Assembly (NCBI GenBank): GCA_016207605.1
Contig: JACQPJ010000016.1
Span: forward strand, 2,452 to 66,451
Length of the DNA stretch: 64,000 nt
Origin: Elusimicrobiota bacterium
GTDB lineage: Bacteria > Elusimicrobiota > Elusimicrobia > UBA1565 > UBA9628
Direction of reading: 5' to 3'
Shown here: piece after piece, positions 61,567 to 64,000 of the stretch
How positions within the stretch are numbered: the stretch's first letter is position 1
How the letters are laid out: each line of letters begins with the position of its first letter
Notes under the pieces: generated by a model
What the model saw: only the letters and a program-made list of their open reading frames with translations
Database searches by the model: none
What the model was told of the DNA's origin: nothing
Position numbers and translations under genes: made by a program

Positions 61567-62777
61567 ACGACGCCGCCGAGTTCCGCAAGCTCATCGCGGC
61601 CTCCTTCGTCTCGCAGACGGGGAGCCATTTCCTGACCCTGGCTCTCGCTGCCTTCGTGTTGCTGAGTACCGGATCAGCCGTTCAATCAGCGCTGGTCTTC
61701 GTGCTCTCCTACCTCCCGTCCATCCTGGCGGCGCCCAGGCTGGGCCACTGGGTGGATTGCCACGTCTCCAAGCGCCTGATCGCGACCAACGAGCTGATCT
61801 CAATTGCATCCACGGTGCTGTGCGGTCTGTGCATCGAGTTCCGGCTCCCTATGGCTGCCCTGTGCGCCGTGCTCGCTCTCCGTTCCATCCTGCTTTTTGT
61901 TGGCCGCGCCGCCGGAACCAAATGGCTCAAGCTGATCACGTCCCCGGCCCTGCAGACGGGGCGGATCAAGCTCTTCTATCTGGCTTTCTTCCTGTCTACC
62001 GCCGTCTCCGGCCTGCTGGCGGCCCTCGTGCTCAAGCATGCCTCCATCCGCATGGTCGTGGGCATCGACGTGGCGAGCTATCTGCTCGGGATCGCGCTGT
62101 ACATGACGCTCGCCGCGCCGCCCACCGAGCCGGCCGGCCAGGCTCCAGCGCCCGAAGGCGAGGCCCTGCAATCGCTGCGCGAGACCCTGGACGCGATCTT
62201 CGCGATACCCGTGGTTCGGACTTCCTTCCTGGCGGTCTGCCTGTCGCAGGCGGTCTTCCAAGGGGCGTACTCAGCTTTTGTCTCCTACCTGCCGATCTCG
62301 GTCTTCAAGGTGGGCGTGGGCGGGGTGGGCTCCTTCCAGCTCGCGGCCTCGATCGGCATCATTGGAGGCTTTCTCATCAACTGGCTGGCGGCCGGCATCC
62401 TCGCGGAGATTGACCCACAGGTCCCGAGAAAGGCTCTCTGGATCTCCGGCCTGGCGGCGGCGTTCCTCATCTGCGCCGTGTCCATCCCCGCGGTGAGGGT
62501 GAGCCTCGGCTCGTTCCTTCTCTTGAACCTGGCGTACGAATGCGTGTGGCTTCACCATAACTCCGAGTTCTTCCGCGCAAGCCCCAAGCGCCACGCGGCA
62601 CGCTACCAGTTCATACTTTCGTCGTGTGCCGCCTTCCTGATGTCGGCCATGACTCTGGCCTACTCCGCCGCGGTGCAATGGCTGGGTCCCTCCTCTGGGA
62701 CCCTTTCGGTCCTCATGGGTGGAGTGCTGGTCACAGCGTACGCGGGGATGGCGCCATCCTGGAGGCAGGGCTCATGA
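61563..62777 (+). CDS. MFS transporter (12 TM).
   Basis: Hydrophobic profile with 12 predicted helices; ATGA overlaps at both ends. Confidence 0.7.
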   Translation: MNDAAEFRKLIAASFVSQTGSHFLTLALAAFVLLSTGSAVQSALVFVLSYLPSILAAPRLGHWVDCHVSKRLIATNELISIASTVLCGLCIEFRLPMAALCAVLALRSILLFVGRAAGTKWLKLITSPALQTGRIKLFYLAFFLSTAVSGLLAALVLKHASIRMVVGIDVASYLLGIALYMTLAAPPTEPAGQAPAPEGEALQSLRETLDAIFAIPVVRTSFLAVCLSQAVFQGAYSAFVSYLPISVFKVGVGGVGSFQLAASIGIIGGFLINWLAAGILAEIDPQVPRKALWISGLAAAFLICAVSIPAVRVSLGSFLLLNLAYECVWLHHNSEFFRASPKRHAARYQFILSSCAAFLMSAMTLAYSAAVQWLGPSSGTLSVLMGGVLVTAYAGMAPSWRQGS

Positions 62778-64000
62778 CGAGATCCGTGGTGTTCCTGGAA
62801 CCGAAGGGCACGATCCTCGAAGTCGTGCGCGCCGCCAAGCGCCGGGGCTTCCATGTCGCCGCGCTCCGCTCGGACCCGGCGCTCCTGGACGGCGCGCCGG
62901 AGCCGTACGCCTCGGCCGTTCCCCTGATCGACGAGATCATTCCCATCCAGGGCTGGGACGCCGAGTCCGCCGTCCTCGCCGCGTGCGAGGCGGTCCACGC
63001 CCGCGCGCCCATCACCGGCCTCTACGCGGGGATGGACCCATGCGCGTCCATCCTGGCGCGTCTGCGCCGCAGGTTCAGCCTGCCGGCCCCAGACCCAGAG
63101 GCCATCGCGCTGGTGCTCAACAAGTTCGCGCTGAGGCGGCGTCTCGTGGAGCTGGGCCTGAGCCGCCTCAAGAACGCCCACAGCTCCGAGGCGGAAGGCT
63201 GGACCTCATGGCCCTTTCGGGGTGCCGCCTATTTCAAGCCGGTCCACGGCTTCTTCAGCGCCTATGTGAGCCGTTGCGAGAACTTGGCCGACTTCCGCGC
63301 AGCGCGGGATCGCTGGCGGACCGGCAACGGCACCGATCCGGCTTGGCTCAAGGACTATCTACACTCGCTCAACGAATACCACCTCGAGGAGGCCTTCGAC
63401 GGGGAGCTTCTGTCCGTGGAGGCCATAGCGAGCGGAGGCCGCTACGAGCCGTTGGGCCTGCTCTCGCGCATCCTCTACTCGCGGGACCCCGTGGTCGAGA
63501 TGGGCTCCTGCTTCCCCTATCCCCATCCGCTCAGCGGCAAGATCATCGACCTGGCGCGGCGCGCCCACGCGGCGCTCGGCCTCCACGACGGGCCGACCCA
63601 TACGGAAATGATCGTCAGTCCTGCCGGGGAGGTCGAGATCATAGACCTCAACCCCAGGTTCGTTGGCGCTGACGTCCTCCAGTCGATCAACAATGCCTTC
63701 GGCGTCCGGGTGGAGGAAGCACTGCTCGACTATGCCATCGGGAAGCCGGCCCGGGTCGCGCCGGAGGATCGTCGCTTCTCGTGCCTGCAATACTTCCTGC
63801 CTCCCCGGGTACCGGTCCTGGAGACGGTGGACTTCCCCGAGGTCCCCGAGGTCAAGTTCCGCGCCACCTTTATCAAGCCGGGTACCCCAATATCGAGCAA
63901 CGACCGCCAGATCGACTATCTTGGCTGCTACCTGACCGTAATGCCGGAGTTCGAGGCCGCCCTTAGCCGCTCGCGCGAGCTGCGCGCGGCGGTCATGATC
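62774..64000 (+). CDS. ATP-grasp domain protein (amino-acid ligase type), 3' end beyond the window.
   Basis: Translated by hand from 62774 with no stop to the end of the window; HTEMI and IIDLNPRF motifs of the ATP-grasp fold. Confidence 0.6.
   Translation, partial: MTRSVVFLEPKGTILEVVRAAKRRGFHVAALRSDPALLDGAPEPYASAVPLIDEIIPIQGWDAESAVLAACEAVHARAPITGLYAGMDPCASILARLRRRFSLPAPDPEAIALVLNKFALRRRLVELGLSRLKNAHSSEAEGWTSWPFRGAAYFKPVHGFFSAYVSRCENLADFRAARDRWRTGNGTDPAWLKDYLHSLNEYHLEEAFDGELLSVEAIASGGRYEPLGLLSRILYSRDPVVEMGSCFPYPHPLSGKIIDLARRAHAALGLHDGPTHTEMIVSPAGEVEIIDLNPRFVGADVLQSINNAFGVRVEEALLDYAIGKPARVAPEDRRFSCLQYFLPPRVPVLETVDFPEVPEVKFRATFIKPGTPISSNDRQIDYLGCYLTVMPEFEAALSRSRELRAAVMI

Overview
This 64 kb window is high-GC (about 70%) bacterial chromosomal DNA, densely coding on both strands. 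Most of it is housekeeping.

From the left: a class I ribonucleotide reductase operon (nrdAB), SCO1/SenC, a cupin, an AAA ATPase, DsbA, TetR, an enolase-superfamily enzyme, hisS, an addB/addA-like helicase-nuclease pair, LysE, and a VapBC toxin-antitoxin pair. Next come an SMS-like PAP2 membrane protein with a 2Fe-2S ferredoxin, a PpiC-type isomerase, DUF971, and a glycolate-oxidase-like locus (fused glcD/glcE plus glcF) flanked by a histidine kinase, an XRE regulator and a GAF/HD-GYP protein. Then tRNA-Gly, an SRPBCC protein, a SEC-C protein, tRNA-Ser, recQ and a radical SAM protein.

The middle holds a sigma-54 module (NtrC-like activator, PAS kinase, short rpoN, CBS protein), a class II B12-type RNR (nrdJ), an envelope and ABC transporter cluster, and one long minus-strand operon pyrB-pyrC-pyrD-pyrF-pyrE-purM-purN::purH-carA-carB.

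The right end (57.3-60.3 kb) is a low-GC island carrying a Phd/VapC toxin-antitoxin pair, an orphan ORF, an ISL3 transposase fused in frame to a Ser/Thr kinase, and a receiver-domain fragment. It is followed by a small candidate biosynthetic cluster: a putative heme-oxygenase-like iron enzyme, an MFS transporter, and an ATP-grasp ligase that runs off the window.

A 60-bp CTAG-bounded repeat family occurs five times, supplies stop codons to three genes and sits in-frame inside two others. Several unusually long perfect palindromes are also present. No CRISPR array and no rRNA were seen.

All functional calls are from motif and family recognition by eye; no database search was run.
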